Origin: an uncultured Actinomycetes bacterium
GTDB taxonomy: Bacteria; Actinomycetota; UBA4738; HRBIN12
DNA: 64,000 nt
Direction: 5' to 3'
Assembly: GCA_963704885.1 (NCBI GenBank)
Contig: CAVPIB010000004.1
Span: forward strand, 672,001-736,000
A model generated the notes under the pieces. It was not told where the DNA came from. It saw nothing but the letters and a program-made list of their open reading frames with translations, and ran no database searches. The position numbers and the translations under genes were made by a program. Positions 18,905-27,974 of this stretch are shown here, piece after piece; the stretch's first letter is position 1, and each line of letters begins with the position of its first letter.

Positions 18905-20440
18905 CAGCCCGCTACCTCCTGCGTGGCGCCGCCGAGCATGCCCACCCCGACATCCTCCGGCGCCGCATCCGGCGCGTACTCGCCGGTGATCCTGCCTTCG
19001 TAGAGCGTCACGATCCGATCCGACAGCGCGTAGATCTCATCGAGCTCCGCCGAGATCAGGAGGACGGCACGCCCGGCGGCCTTCTGATCCAAGATCTGCT
19101 TCCAGACGAACTCGATCGCGCCCACGTCGAGCCCGCGCGTCGGCTGCGCGGCGATGAGCAACTTCGGATCCGTTTCCAGCTCCCGAGCCAGGATCAGCTT
19201 CTGTTGGTTGCCGCCGGATAGCGTTGAGGCCGCTACGTCGATGCTGCGAGTGCGAACGTCGAAGAGCTTCACGATCCGCGCCGCCAGCTCCTTGATCCTC
19301 TTGATGAAGAGGATGCCGAGGCGGCTCGAGAACTCGGCGTCGTCATGGCGACCTAGAACCGCGTTCTCCCACAGGGTCATGTCGAGCACCAAGCCCTGCT
19401 CCTGTCGGTCCTCCGGGATGTAGGCGACGCCGGCGTTGCGGATGTCTTCCACGTTACGCCCGGTGATCTCGTTGCCCTCCAGCCAAACGTGACCGCCCGC
19501 CGCGGGACGCAGGCCGATCAGCGCCTCGGCCAACTCAAGCTGGCCGTTGCCCTGCACGCCGGCCACGCCCAAGATCTCGCCGGCGTGAACCTCGAGCGAT
19601 AGCCCGTTCAGCTTGCCGGGAGCCTCCAGCCCTTCCACAACGAAGGATGGGGTCGCCACGCTCGACATTCGGCTTCTCCAGCCGGAACAGCACCGGGCGT
19701 CCGACCATCATCTCGGCGAGCTTCGCCTTGGACGCCTCCGCTGGGGTGGTCTCACCCACGACCGCGCCGCGTCGCAGCACCGTGATCCGGTCGGCTATCT
19801 CGAGCACCTCGTCCAGCTTGTGAGAGATGAAGACGATCGACTTCCCCGCCCCACGCAGCTCCCGGAGGTTCTGGAAGAGCTCCTTCGCCTCGCCGGGAGT
19901 GAGCACCGCGGTTGGCTCGTCCAGGATCAAGATCTCCACGCCGCGATAGAGCGCCTTCAATATCTCGACGCGCTGCTCCTCCCCAACCGACAACTCCTCG
20001 ATGACGGCGTCGGGACGCACCTGGAACCCGTAGGAGTCCGCGAGCTCCTGCACCCTCTTCTGCGCCTGCGCCAGATCGAGGATGGCTCCGCCCTCATCGC
20101 CGAGGATGATGTTCTCCGTGACGGTGAAGGGGTCCACCAGCACGAAGTGCTGGTGGACCATGCCGATCCCAAGAGCGATCGCGTCGCGAGGCGACGCGAT
20201 CTTCACCTCCTTTCCGCGCACGATCATGCGGCCCGCCTCGGCCGGATACATCCCGTAGAGCACACGCATGAGCGTGGACTTTCCCGCACCGTTCTCTCCG
20301 ATGAGAGCGTGGACCTCGGCCGGGCGAAGCTCCAGGGAGACGTCATCGTTCGCCAGCACACCGGGGAAACGCTTGGTGATGTGCTCGAGGACGACGAGGG
20401 GCGGGGCGCTCGCGCGCCCCGCCCCTTCACCGATCGTCAT
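18904..20440 (-). CDS. CUT2-type double-domain ABC ATPase, frameshift near 19640
   Basis: GENGAGKST, LSVGEEQRVEI, LDEPT, LSGGNQQK, AAQPTRGLDV; extra T in CGT-T-GTG. Confidence 0.9.
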
Positions 20441-20461
20441 GTCGGTCAGATCCCGTTCCGG

Positions 20462-21565
20462 CTATGCGCCTTCGGGGGTCTCGGGAACGACGATCGTGCC
20501 GTCGATGATCTGCTGCTTGTAGTCGTCGAGCTGCGCGACGATGTCGGCGCTCAGCTCGGCGGTGTTCGACTGCGAGTAGTCGAGGCCGTCCTCGGCCATA
20601 CCGAAGACCACGCCGCCGGCCGTGAAGCTGCCGTCGCCCACCTGCTGGATCGCGGTGTACGTAGCCGTGTCAACACGCTTCAGCATGGATGTGAGGATCA
20701 ACGGCTGCTGCTCGGGGCTCGCCGTCAGGTACTGGTCGGAGTCGACCCCGATCGCCAGCTTCCCGGCCTCGACGGAGGCGTTGAACAGCCCGGCTCCCGA
20801 CGCGCCAGAGGCGTGGTAGATGATCTCCGCCCCATCGTCGTACATCTTGGTGGACAGGGCCTGGCCCTTGACCGGGTCGTTGAACGCGCCCACGTCGTCA
20901 CCGATGTACTCGACCAACACGGTGATATCCGGGTTGACCGCCTGCGCACCCGCGACGTATCCCGCCTCGAACTTCTGGATCAGCGGGCCCGTCTGGCCAC
21001 CCAGGAACCCGATCGTGTCGCACTCGCACTTGAGCGCGGCGGCGGCCCCAACCAGGAACGACCCCTCCTGCTCCTTGAACGCGAAGTCGGCCACGTTCGT
21101 CAGGTCGTCGTTGTCCAGACCGCAGATCGTTCCGCAGGTCGCGTACCCGTCCACGATCATGAAGCTCTGGTCCGCGTAGTCCGGTGAGATCGTGTTGATG
21201 TCCGGCGAGAACGCGAATCCAACACCGATCACCAGGTCGTAGCCGGCATCGGCGAGCGCCACCACGTTCTGGGTGCGGTCCGAGCCGGTCGCGTTGGCCT
21301 CGTTCGTGTTGACGTTCTCCTCACACACCAGGCCGTCGGCGATCGCCTTCTGGACCCCTGCGTCGGCCGCGTCGTTGAACGACTTGTCGCCCAGACCACC
21401 GACGTCGAACGCGACACCTACCTTGATATCGGCGTTGCACTCGACGGCGCCGCCGCCGGTGTCGCTGCCGCCGTCGGCCGGCTCCTCGTCGCTGCCGCCA
21501 CAAGCCGCCGCCACGAGGCCCAACAGGACCAGTGGTACGGCGAACCGCATGAAACGTTTCCGCAT
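20462..21565 (-). CDS. BMP family nucleoside-binding lipoprotein
   Basis: Lipobox AAAC, GGLGDKSFND, FKEQEGSFLVG, IGVDSDQ, TSMLKRVD. Confidence 0.93.
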   Translation of the reverse strand: MRKRFMRFAVPLVLLGLVAAACGGSDEEPADGGSDTGGGAVECNADIKVGVAFDVGGLGDKSFNDAADAGVQKAIADGLVCEENVNTNEANATGSDRTQNVVALADAGYDLVIGVGFAFSPDINTISPDYADQSFMIVDGYATCGTICGLDNDDLTNVADFAFKEQEGSFLVGAAAALKCECDTIGFLGGQTGPLIQKFEAGYVAGAQAVNPDITVLVEYIGDDVGAFNDPVKGQALSTKMYDDGAEIIYHASGASGAGLFNASVEAGKLAIGVDSDQYLTASPEQQPLILTSMLKRVDTATYTAIQQVGDGSFTAGGVVFGMAEDGLDYSQSNTAELSADIVAQLDDYKQQIIDGTIVVPETPEGA

Positions 21566-21624
21566 CGATTCCCCCTCCCTAACACACTTGCACGCCGGGA
21601 CCGCGAGGTCTCCGGACGCATCGG

Positions 21625-21653
21625 ATTGTGCGTTCGGCCACGCGAACCGTCAA
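21625..21653 (-). promoter_or_regulatory. Promoter of the BMP ABC operon
   Basis: TTGACG-N17-CACAAT. Confidence 0.55.
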
Positions 21654-21696
21654 ACGCGCTTCCCGTGGGAGACTACGCAGTCGGAGGGGTAGGGGG

Positions 21697-22119
21697 ATGG
21701 ATGAGCATGTCGCTTTGATCCGTGAGCTGCGAGAACGCCTCCAGGGGAACGAGTTCTATCGGTGGGCGGGGATCGAGCTGACCGATGCCGCCCCCGGGCG
21801 GGCCGAGATCTCGTTCGAAGCCGGTCCGCAGCATGTGAACCTTCAGGGACTGGTCCACGGCGGGATCCTCGCCACGCTTGCCGACACGGCGATGGGCCTG
21901 GCGGTGCGCACCCAGCTGGAGCCGGGTCGTCGCCATGTGACCGTGAACCTGGCGGTCGAGTTCCTGGCGGTGGGCCGCGCCGGCCGGATCGTGGCTCGAG
22001 GCAGAACCGTCAAGATCGGCCGGCAGCTGGGGTTCGCCGAAGCCGAGGTGGTGGATGCGACCGAGCGGTTACTGGCGAGAGCGCGCTCCACGCTCTCGGT
22101 GACGTCGGAGAAGGATTAG
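21697..22119 (+). CDS. PaaI family hotdog thioesterase
   Basis: HVNLQGLVHGGILATLADTAMG, TVNLAVEFL. Confidence 0.9.
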   Translation: MDEHVALIRELRERLQGNEFYRWAGIELTDAAPGRAEISFEAGPQHVNLQGLVHGGILATLADTAMGLAVRTQLEPGRRHVTVNLAVEFLAVGRAGRIVARGRTVKIGRQLGFAEAEVVDATERLLARARSTLSVTSEKD

Positions 22120-22499
22120 TACTCCACGTCCATGGCGGCCATAGCCGTCGGTAGGAGCGAGAGCACGCCCTGCAACCCCAGGAGCATGCCCATGTTTCCC
22201 GCGACCTTGATCTTGCCGGTCATGAACGCCGTCACGGGCGAGAGCTCGCCCTTGGCGAGCGCGACCGCCGTGTCGTAGCTCTGGGTGATGGTGGCGTCGG
22301 GACTCTCGGTGTCACCCACGCCCATGTCGATGGTGTCGTCGGCTATGCGGATCCAGTAATGGGTATCGCCATCGGCGCCGCCGATGACCTGCTGGATCGC
22401 CGCGGTCCTTCCGGCGGCGGCCTCCTTGAACGCATCGTCGGCGTTCAACGCGGTCTTCAGCATGTCGGCCCATTCCTGCGACAGGAACTTCACGGTCAC
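22116..22499 (-). CDS. SCP2 sterol/lipid-binding domain protein
   Basis: FLSQEW, PDATIT, GELSPVTAFMTGKIKVAG. Confidence 0.9.
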   Translation of the reverse strand: MTVKFLSQEWADMLKTALNADDAFKEAAAGRTAAIQQVIGGADGDTHYWIRIADDTIDMGVGDTESPDATITQSYDTAVALAKGELSPVTAFMTGKIKVAGNMGMLLGLQGVLSLLPTAMAAMDVEY

Positions 22500-22503
22500 G
22501 GCG

Positions 22504-23211
22504 CTACTCCTTAGAGATCGGGTTCGGGTGGCCGGGAGTATAGAGGGGTGCGTGGAGATGGTCGGCGTAGAGCCCCGGCTCGGTCAGATGCGAGTCGTCG
22601 GCCAAGAACCAAACGTGGCGCTCGTCGCCCATCACGCGGATCGTGTTGATGCTGGCGTTGGGCGGCAGGAAGAACATGTCCTGTTCTCGCATCCCCATCA
22701 GCATCCCGACGTACGCGTTGATGACGCCGCCGTGACACACGATCCAGACGTCGCCCTCCTGGTTGGCGGTGAGCGTTGCTTCGACCGCTCCGATAACACG
22801 GGACCGGAACGCGTCCAGAGCCTCGCCGCCGGGGGCGAGGAAGAAGATGGGGTCCTGTAGCAGGACCCGCGAGGGCACCTCCGGATGCTCGTGGAGCAGC
22901 TCCTCGAACTCCTTGAACTCCCACCCTCCGCCGTACCACTCGGCCAGGTCGTCCACGACCGTGGCGGCAACGCCGGTCGTCTCCTCGAACGGAGCGATCG
23001 TCTGACGGGCCCGCCGCAGCGGTGAGACGTAGATGGCCGCAGGACGCTGCATCTTGAGCAGCCTGTTCGAAAGGACCTGCGCCTGCTCGAGCCCGGTCTT
23101 ATCGAGCGGTGGGTCGGCGACGCGTCCGCGCGTGGTCTCCGCTTCCTCGCCCGAGCGGCGCGAGGCGCGGCCGTGGCGGATCAGGTACAGGCGGCGGCCC
23201 TCGTCGGTCAT
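22504..23211 (-). CDS. Histidine phosphatase family protein
   Basis: LYLIRHG, SPLRRARQT, VCHGGVI. Confidence 0.92.
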   Translation of the reverse strand: MTDEGRRLYLIRHGRASRRSGEEAETTRGRVADPPLDKTGLEQAQVLSNRLLKMQRPAAIYVSPLRRARQTIAPFEETTGVAATVVDDLAEWYGGGWEFKEFEELLHEHPEVPSRVLLQDPIFFLAPGGEALDAFRSRVIGAVEATLTANQEGDVWIVCHGGVINAYVGMLMGMREQDMFFLPPNASINTIRVMGDERHVWFLADDSHLTEPGLYADHLHAPLYTPGHPNPISKE

Positions 23212-23570
23212 CCGTGGTCCTTCTCGGCGCGGCGGGCTCGCCAGTCGCCCGCGTAGCGTTCGATGTCCTCGCGGAGCCAGATCCGGCCGGAGGCGAGGGA
23301 TGTGAGCGGCTCGGGGAACTGCCCTCGGTCAAGGTAGGTCACGACGCGGCGCTTGTCCCAACCCATGATCTCGGCCGCCTCGGCCACGCCGACGATCTGA
23401 GGCACCACGTCGATCGTCAGTGATACGTCGTAACCCGTCGTCTTGCGGAGCTCCAGCAGACACCGCTCACGCGTGGTCCCCGTCACCTCGATGAACGCCG
23501 GCGCGTCCAGGATGTGGGCATACCAACGTCCTCCGGTCTCCCACATGCGAACCCGGATGTCGTCTGCCAT
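23208..23570 (-). CDS. HicB-like N-domain fused to AlpA/excisionase-like HTH
   Basis: ETGGRWYAHILDAP..VTGTTRERCL; VGVAEAAEIMG..FPEP..LASGRIW..DIE. Confidence 0.65.
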   Translation of the reverse strand: MADDIRVRMWETGGRWYAHILDAPAFIEVTGTTRERCLLELRKTTGYDVSLTIDVVPQIVGVAEAAEIMGWDKRRVVTYLDRGQFPEPLTSLASGRIWLREDIERYAGDWRARRAEKDHG

Positions 23571-23619
23571 CGCAGTCGGATGATAGCCGGGGTGTATGAC
23601 ACCGTCGCCAGCTGGGGAT

Positions 23620-23910
23620 TCACATCCCCGGTGGGGGTGGGCGATATCGGCCGAGACGTCTTAGCTCACTCCGCCAGCACTCCGTGTGCCAGTGACGCCG
23701 GGACTCCAGGTCGCCCTCCGGCACCACGACCAGGTGCCAGATCCCTTGGCGGACTACGTGGTCGCAGCCTGGGCACCGGTACTCCTTCTGACCTCCGACG
23801 TGGCGGACATCGAAGCCGGGGACCTGGGCCCAGAGCGGCGCGTCGGCGCGGGCGGGCGGCGCCTCGGGCGCCTGGAAGAACTCGGGATTCCTTCGGTTCT
23901 TGCGCGGCAT
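23620..23910 (-). CDS. Conserved actinobacterial small zinc-binding protein
   Basis: MPRKNRR, KEYRCPGCDH, RRHWHTECW. Confidence 0.85.
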   Translation of the reverse strand: MPRKNRRNPEFFQAPEAPPARADAPLWAQVPGFDVRHVGGQKEYRCPGCDHVVRQGIWHLVVVPEGDLESRRHWHTECWRSELRRLGRYRPPPPGM

Positions 23911-24578
23911 CAGCCGCGCTCCTTGATGAAGGGGGCCACGTGGACGGCCAGAGCGACACCCACCTCGCGAGTATCGCGTTTCACACCGCGCACGTTGAAC
24001 GAATGATCCCCGCCCTCGATCGTCACCAAGGTGGCGCGATCGCCGAGCTTCCCGATCACTCCTGCGAGCAGTTCAGGCGCCGCGAACGGATCGCGCGTTC
24101 CCTCCAGGAACAGCATCGGGACCTCGATCCCGTACAGATGCTCGTCGCGGATAGCCTCGGGCTTGCCGGGCGGGTGAAGCGGGTATCCCAGGAAGACGAG
24201 ACCGGCGGCCGGCATCCCCTCGGCCACGGCCATCGAGGCCATGCGACCGCCGAAGGACTTGCCCGACGCCCAGATGGCCTCACCCGCCGACCCGCGGCGC
24301 GAGGCTTCCGCCGACGCCGCGCGCCAGGTGGCGATCGCGGCCGGCGCTCGATCCGGCGATCGTCGACCAGCCTCCATGTACGGGAAGTTGAATCGCAGCG
24401 TGGCGACGCCCTCGTCGTTCATCGCGCGGGTGAAACCAACGAGGAACGGGTGATCCATGCCGGAACCCGCGCCGTGGGCGACGACGATCGTCACCGTCGC
24501 CCCAACGGGTCGCGCGTAGACACCGGAAACGGATGAGGGTCCGCCCTCGATCGTCAGCCGTTCCTCGGATGCGCTCAC
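23910..24578 (-). CDS. Alpha/beta hydrolase (KANL3/Tex30-like)
   Basis: AHGAG, RFNFPY, GKSFGGR, LGYPLHPPGK, GTRDPF, GGDHSF. Confidence 0.9.
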   Translation of the reverse strand: MSASEERLTIEGGPSSVSGVYARPVGATVTIVVAHGAGSGMDHPFLVGFTRAMNDEGVATLRFNFPYMEAGRRSPDRAPAAIATWRAASAEASRRGSAGEAIWASGKSFGGRMASMAVAEGMPAAGLVFLGYPLHPPGKPEAIRDEHLYGIEVPMLFLEGTRDPFAAPELLAGVIGKLGDRATLVTIEGGDHSFNVRGVKRDTREVGVALAVHVAPFIKERG

Positions 24579-24596
24579 GCGTGCCATCATGCCAGG
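24579..24596. promoter_or_regulatory. Bidirectional overlapping -10 elements for two leaderless genes
   Basis: + strand CATCAT-N6-GTG (24597); - strand CATGAT-N7-GTG (24578). Confidence 0.55.
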
Positions 24597-25328
24597 GTGA
24601 CCGGCTCCTTCTATCTGGGTACGTCGGGGTTCTCCTACGACGAGTGGAAGCACGGCGTCTTCTACCCGGAGGGCCTCAAGAACCGCGAGATGCTCTCTTA
24701 CTACTCGTCGCAACTGTCGTCGGTCGAGATCAACTACACGTTCCGCCGGTTCCCCACTGAGAAGTCGCTGACCGCGTGGCGCGAGCAAGCGCAGCCGGGG
24801 TTCGTCTTCACGCTGAAGGCGAACCAGCGCATCACGCACTTCAAGCGGCTCGAGGACACCGACGACGACGTGCGCGCCTTCCTGGAGATCGCCAAGGCCC
24901 TCGGCGACCGGCTGGGCTGCGTGTTCTTCCAATGCCCGCCGTCGCTGCAGTACCGGCGCGAGCTGATCGAGGCGTTCGTGGGCTACCTGCCGCCGCCCGG
25001 TCCGGGGGTCCCCCGGTTCGCGATGGAGTTCCGTCATCCTTCGTGGACCGAGGCGCGGGAGTTGCTTCTGTCGCAGGGCGTCGCATGGTGCGTCGCCGAG
25101 ACCGACGAAAAGGATCCCGGCCCCGACGACCTGTCATGGGAGCCGGCGGGCTACCTCCGGCTCCGCAAGACGGAGTACTCCGACAACGAGCTGAGGGCGT
25201 GGGCCGACCGGATCGCCCCGGCGCTGGCGGCTGGAAGCGATGTCTTCTGCTACTTCAAGCATGAAGACGAGGGCGCCAGCCCGAAGATGGCAAGACGGCT
25301 GCTCAACGCCCTCGACGGAGCGCGATAG
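24597..25328 (+). CDS. DUF72 (YecE-like) protein
   Basis: LGTSGFSY..W, VEINYTF, FTLKANQRITH, FQCPPS, EFRHPSW, YLRLR, YFKH. Confidence 0.92.
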   Translation: MTGSFYLGTSGFSYDEWKHGVFYPEGLKNREMLSYYSSQLSSVEINYTFRRFPTEKSLTAWREQAQPGFVFTLKANQRITHFKRLEDTDDDVRAFLEIAKALGDRLGCVFFQCPPSLQYRRELIEAFVGYLPPPGPGVPRFAMEFRHPSWTEARELLLSQGVAWCVAETDEKDPGPDDLSWEPAGYLRLRKTEYSDNELRAWADRIAPALAAGSDVFCYFKHEDEGASPKMARRLLNALDGAR

Positions 25329-25339
25329 GCGAGTCTCTC

Positions 25340-25429
25340 TCACAGATCTTGCACACCGCATGAACTCGAGACATGGCGACCATCGTCGTGCGGGACGGCG
25401 TCAAGGGCCGGACCTACCGTGGTCGTCAT
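25340..25429 (-). pseudogene. Stub of a deleted gene coupled to the DUF4097 gene (probably an ABC ATPase)
   Basis: ATGA overlap with the DUF4097 stop; MTTTVGPAL then stop after 29 codons. Confidence 0.35.
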
Positions 25430-26304
25430 GCCTCATCACTTCCGTTGTCGTTCGCACGGCAGCGGCGGATGGTGATGTCGCCGAAGGAAGTCCGGGCGCG
25501 CACGTCGACCGCCTCCTCGTCCGGGGTAGGACGGTCGGAGGCCTGCAGGTCGTTCTGAACGTTGCCGAACCGCGTGTTGAGGTCCAGCCAAGCCGCCACG
25601 CCGTCGCGGACCCCGACGTCGATCTTGCCGTTCGCGCTTTCGGCGAGGACGGCACCACGTTCGACCTCGCCCAGGCGCAGGTCGCCGTTGGCGGTCTTCA
25701 CGCTAGCCGCGGCCCGCGCCCGGTCGATCGTGATCCTGCCGTTGGCCGCCTTCACACGCACGTCGCCCGTGACCTCACCGATCCACGTGTCGCCGTTGGA
25801 GTTCTTGACCACCGCCGTCCCGTCGATACTTCCGATCCCCACGGCTCCTGTGCCCGTCGAAACCTCGACATCACCGACGGCTCGTCCCACCGTGATGTCA
25901 CCTGCACCGGCTTTGAGCTCGAGCGGGCCCGCTTGGTCCAGGTGGATGTCGCCGACCCCGGTCTTGAAGCGGCATCCGCCGATGCGACCGGTGCTGCGCA
26001 ATGCGGCAACCCCCACCTCACCGCTCACCTGTGATCCCGCCGGAAGCTCGATGTGGACGTCGATCGACTCCCCGTTCGCGCGGAAGGACCAGTGCCGCCA
26101 ACCCTTCGGCCCCTGGACCAGCAACCTGCCGCTCGCATACTCGACACGGGTCTGCTCGGCGGCGGTCACGTCGGACCGCTTGGCCGGGTCACTCGGGCGA
26201 ACATCGACGACGGTGTCGGTGCGGTCGCTCGCCACGACCTGGATGTCACCCACGCCAACCTCCAGGGTGACGGAGATCGGTTCGGACGTATCGAAGGTAG
26301 GCAT
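25426..26304 (-). CDS. DUF4097 beta-strand repeat protein
   Basis: MPTFDTSEPI, repeated KT/S.xGDI units, VRARTSFGDITIRR; SD GGAGG. Confidence 0.9.
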   Translation of the reverse strand: MPTFDTSEPISVTLEVGVGDIQVVASDRTDTVVDVRPSDPAKRSDVTAAEQTRVEYASGRLLVQGPKGWRHWSFRANGESIDVHIELPAGSQVSGEVGVAALRSTGRIGGCRFKTGVGDIHLDQAGPLELKAGAGDITVGRAVGDVEVSTGTGAVGIGSIDGTAVVKNSNGDTWIGEVTGDVRVKAANGRITIDRARAAASVKTANGDLRLGEVERGAVLAESANGKIDVGVRDGVAAWLDLNTRFGNVQNDLQASDRPTPDEEAVDVRARTSFGDITIRRCRANDNGSDEA

Positions 26305-26320
26305 CGAACGTTCCTCCTGA

Positions 26321-26863
26321 CTAGCGGGCCCAGCCCGAGTACCGCTGAGCGCCCTTCGGCGCGCGTCTTTCGGCCCGATGGGCCGCATCGGTTCGTTGAA
26401 GCCCGGCGGTTGCAGCTCGCACGAGCCAGGCGTTGACCGACAGCCCGTCGCTGACGGCCGCATGCTCGATCCGGGCCTTCAGGTGATCGGGCATACGGAG
26501 GTTGATCCGGGACATCGTGCCCTCGTCGCCCCCGGTCGGATCGGGGCCAACACCCGCGGCCGGCCACCGACCCGACGCAATCTCGTCGCTTTCGAGCGAC
26601 TCCTCCACGGAGGCATCTCCCGGGGGTAGCGTCACCACGAACTCAGGGTCACGCCCGCGCAGTCGTAGCTCGACCGACCCCGGGGCGAGCTCGGTGGTGA
26701 TCTCCTCAGTCGCCGCCGACAGGGCGTCTTGCAACGCCAGCCGGATCGCCGCGTCCAGAGGCGCGACGAGACGCTCGGCCAGCGCACGAGCCTCATCACC
26801 CCCCGCCCCGGCCGCGACCCCCAGTTGGCTATGGATGCTCTTCACGTACGGTCCCAGTTCCAT
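26321..26863 (-). CDS. Ribbon-helix-helix regulator (HicB-like antitoxin family associated with DUF4097)
   Basis: SVELRLRGRDPEFVV, RINLRMPDHLKARIEHAA..GLSVNAWLVRA; CATCAT-N6-ATG. Confidence 0.88.
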   Translation of the reverse strand: MELGPYVKSIHSQLGVAAGAGGDEARALAERLVAPLDAAIRLALQDALSAATEEITTELAPGSVELRLRGRDPEFVVTLPPGDASVEESLESDEIASGRWPAAGVGPDPTGGDEGTMSRINLRMPDHLKARIEHAAVSDGLSVNAWLVRAATAGLQRTDAAHRAERRAPKGAQRYSGWAR

Positions 26864-26926
26864 GGCGCAATGATGGCACTGCCAGGTGCCATCGTCAACC
26901 ATGTTTGGCATCATAGTGGTGCCATC
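26862..26926. promoter_or_regulatory. Array of TGGCAY/RTGCCA half-sites, probable autoregulatory operator
   Basis: GATGGCAC-N6-GTGCCATC (26872-26893), TGGCATC (26906), GTGCCATC (26919), ATGGCGC (26862). Confidence 0.65.
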
Positions 26927-26995
26927 GCCCCCTTGGAGTAGACCGAGCCTCGCGACTGGATGCCAGACCTGCTACCGGGACGTGAACCAGGGTGG

Positions 26996-27555
26996 TCAGT
27001 GCGGAACGAAGTCGGCACCTGCGTCCAGGTATATCGGGGCGCGGCGTGCCTGCACCGCCTGCTCGAACGCGTACCCGAACCGGAGCAGCTTCGGTTCCTG
27101 CCAGGCACGAGCGAGGAACGAGATGCCGATCGGCAGCTTGCCTATGAACACCGCTGGCACGGTCAGGTGTGGATAGCCCGCTGCGTTCGAGGGCCCGGCG
27201 GCACCGTTGCCCACGTACGGGATCTCCGTCGATCAGGTCGATCGGCCACGCGCGGACGAACGTCGGGGCCACGATCACATCGAGCCGGTGCCGACGCATC
27301 ACGTCGGCGAAGTCCGCTCGCGCCACGCGCTGCGACCGGCGGAGCGCTCGCAGGTACTCGGGGTTCGGGAGCGGGGCGGAATCGACCGAGCCCTCGAGGA
27401 GGGCCTGGTTGTGCCACTGGAGTTCCTTGTCATGGTTCGCCTCGTTGAACGCGACGACGTCGGCAAGCGTGCGGATCTCGGTGTTCGAGAGCGCTCACGG
27501 GTAGCGATCGACGCCTTGTTCGAACTCGGAGAACATCACCGACAGGTGGTCGCCC
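26996..27555 (-). pseudogene. C-terminal fragment of an amidase-signature enzyme
   Basis: IRTLADVVAFNEAN, LDVIVAPT, AGYPHLTVP, LPIGISF..AWQEPKLLRFGYAFEQA; in-frame TGA at 27495-27497 and a frameshift near 27213. Confidence 0.8.
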
Positions 27556-27850
27556 GTCGCGTGGCGTCGACATCGAGTGGATCGACGACCAGGACGTAGC
27601 CAGGGGTCCTACACTGGAGCATCCCGTCGCCGAGGGCCTTCCGGAGGTTCGAGACGTAGGTCTGGAGGGTGTTTCGGGTGTTGCCGGACGGCTCGTCGCC
27701 CCAGATCGACTCGATCAGGGTGTCCGCCGGAACAACCTCGTTCGCGCGAACCAAGAGGTTGGCGAGGACGGCGCGTTGTTTGGGCCCGCCAAGTGGCACC
27801 GGGCCCTCCCCCGCGTCCACCTCCAACGGGCCGAGCACACGGAACTGCAC
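27556..27850 (-). pseudogene. Truncated SARP/AfsR-type regulator (winged-helix only)
   Basis: MQFRVLGPLEV..LGGPKQRAVLA.LL..IWGDEP..LQTYVSNLRKAL..GYVL..DVDATR, then lost. Confidence 0.85.
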
Positions 27851-27974
27851 CCGGCGACCGTACCGAGGGCTTCCTTCGTGGCGCAAGGCCTACATATTGG
27901 GGCCGGCTGCGCAAGATCCACGCAAGGGTTGACCGAGGCTTAGCCAGGGACTGAGGAGCAGGCCCGGTTCCCTC

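Noticed and set aside
27495-27497. In-frame TGA as selenocysteine
   Set aside because: It lies in a headless amidase fragment at a non-Cys position with no evident SECIS hairpin.
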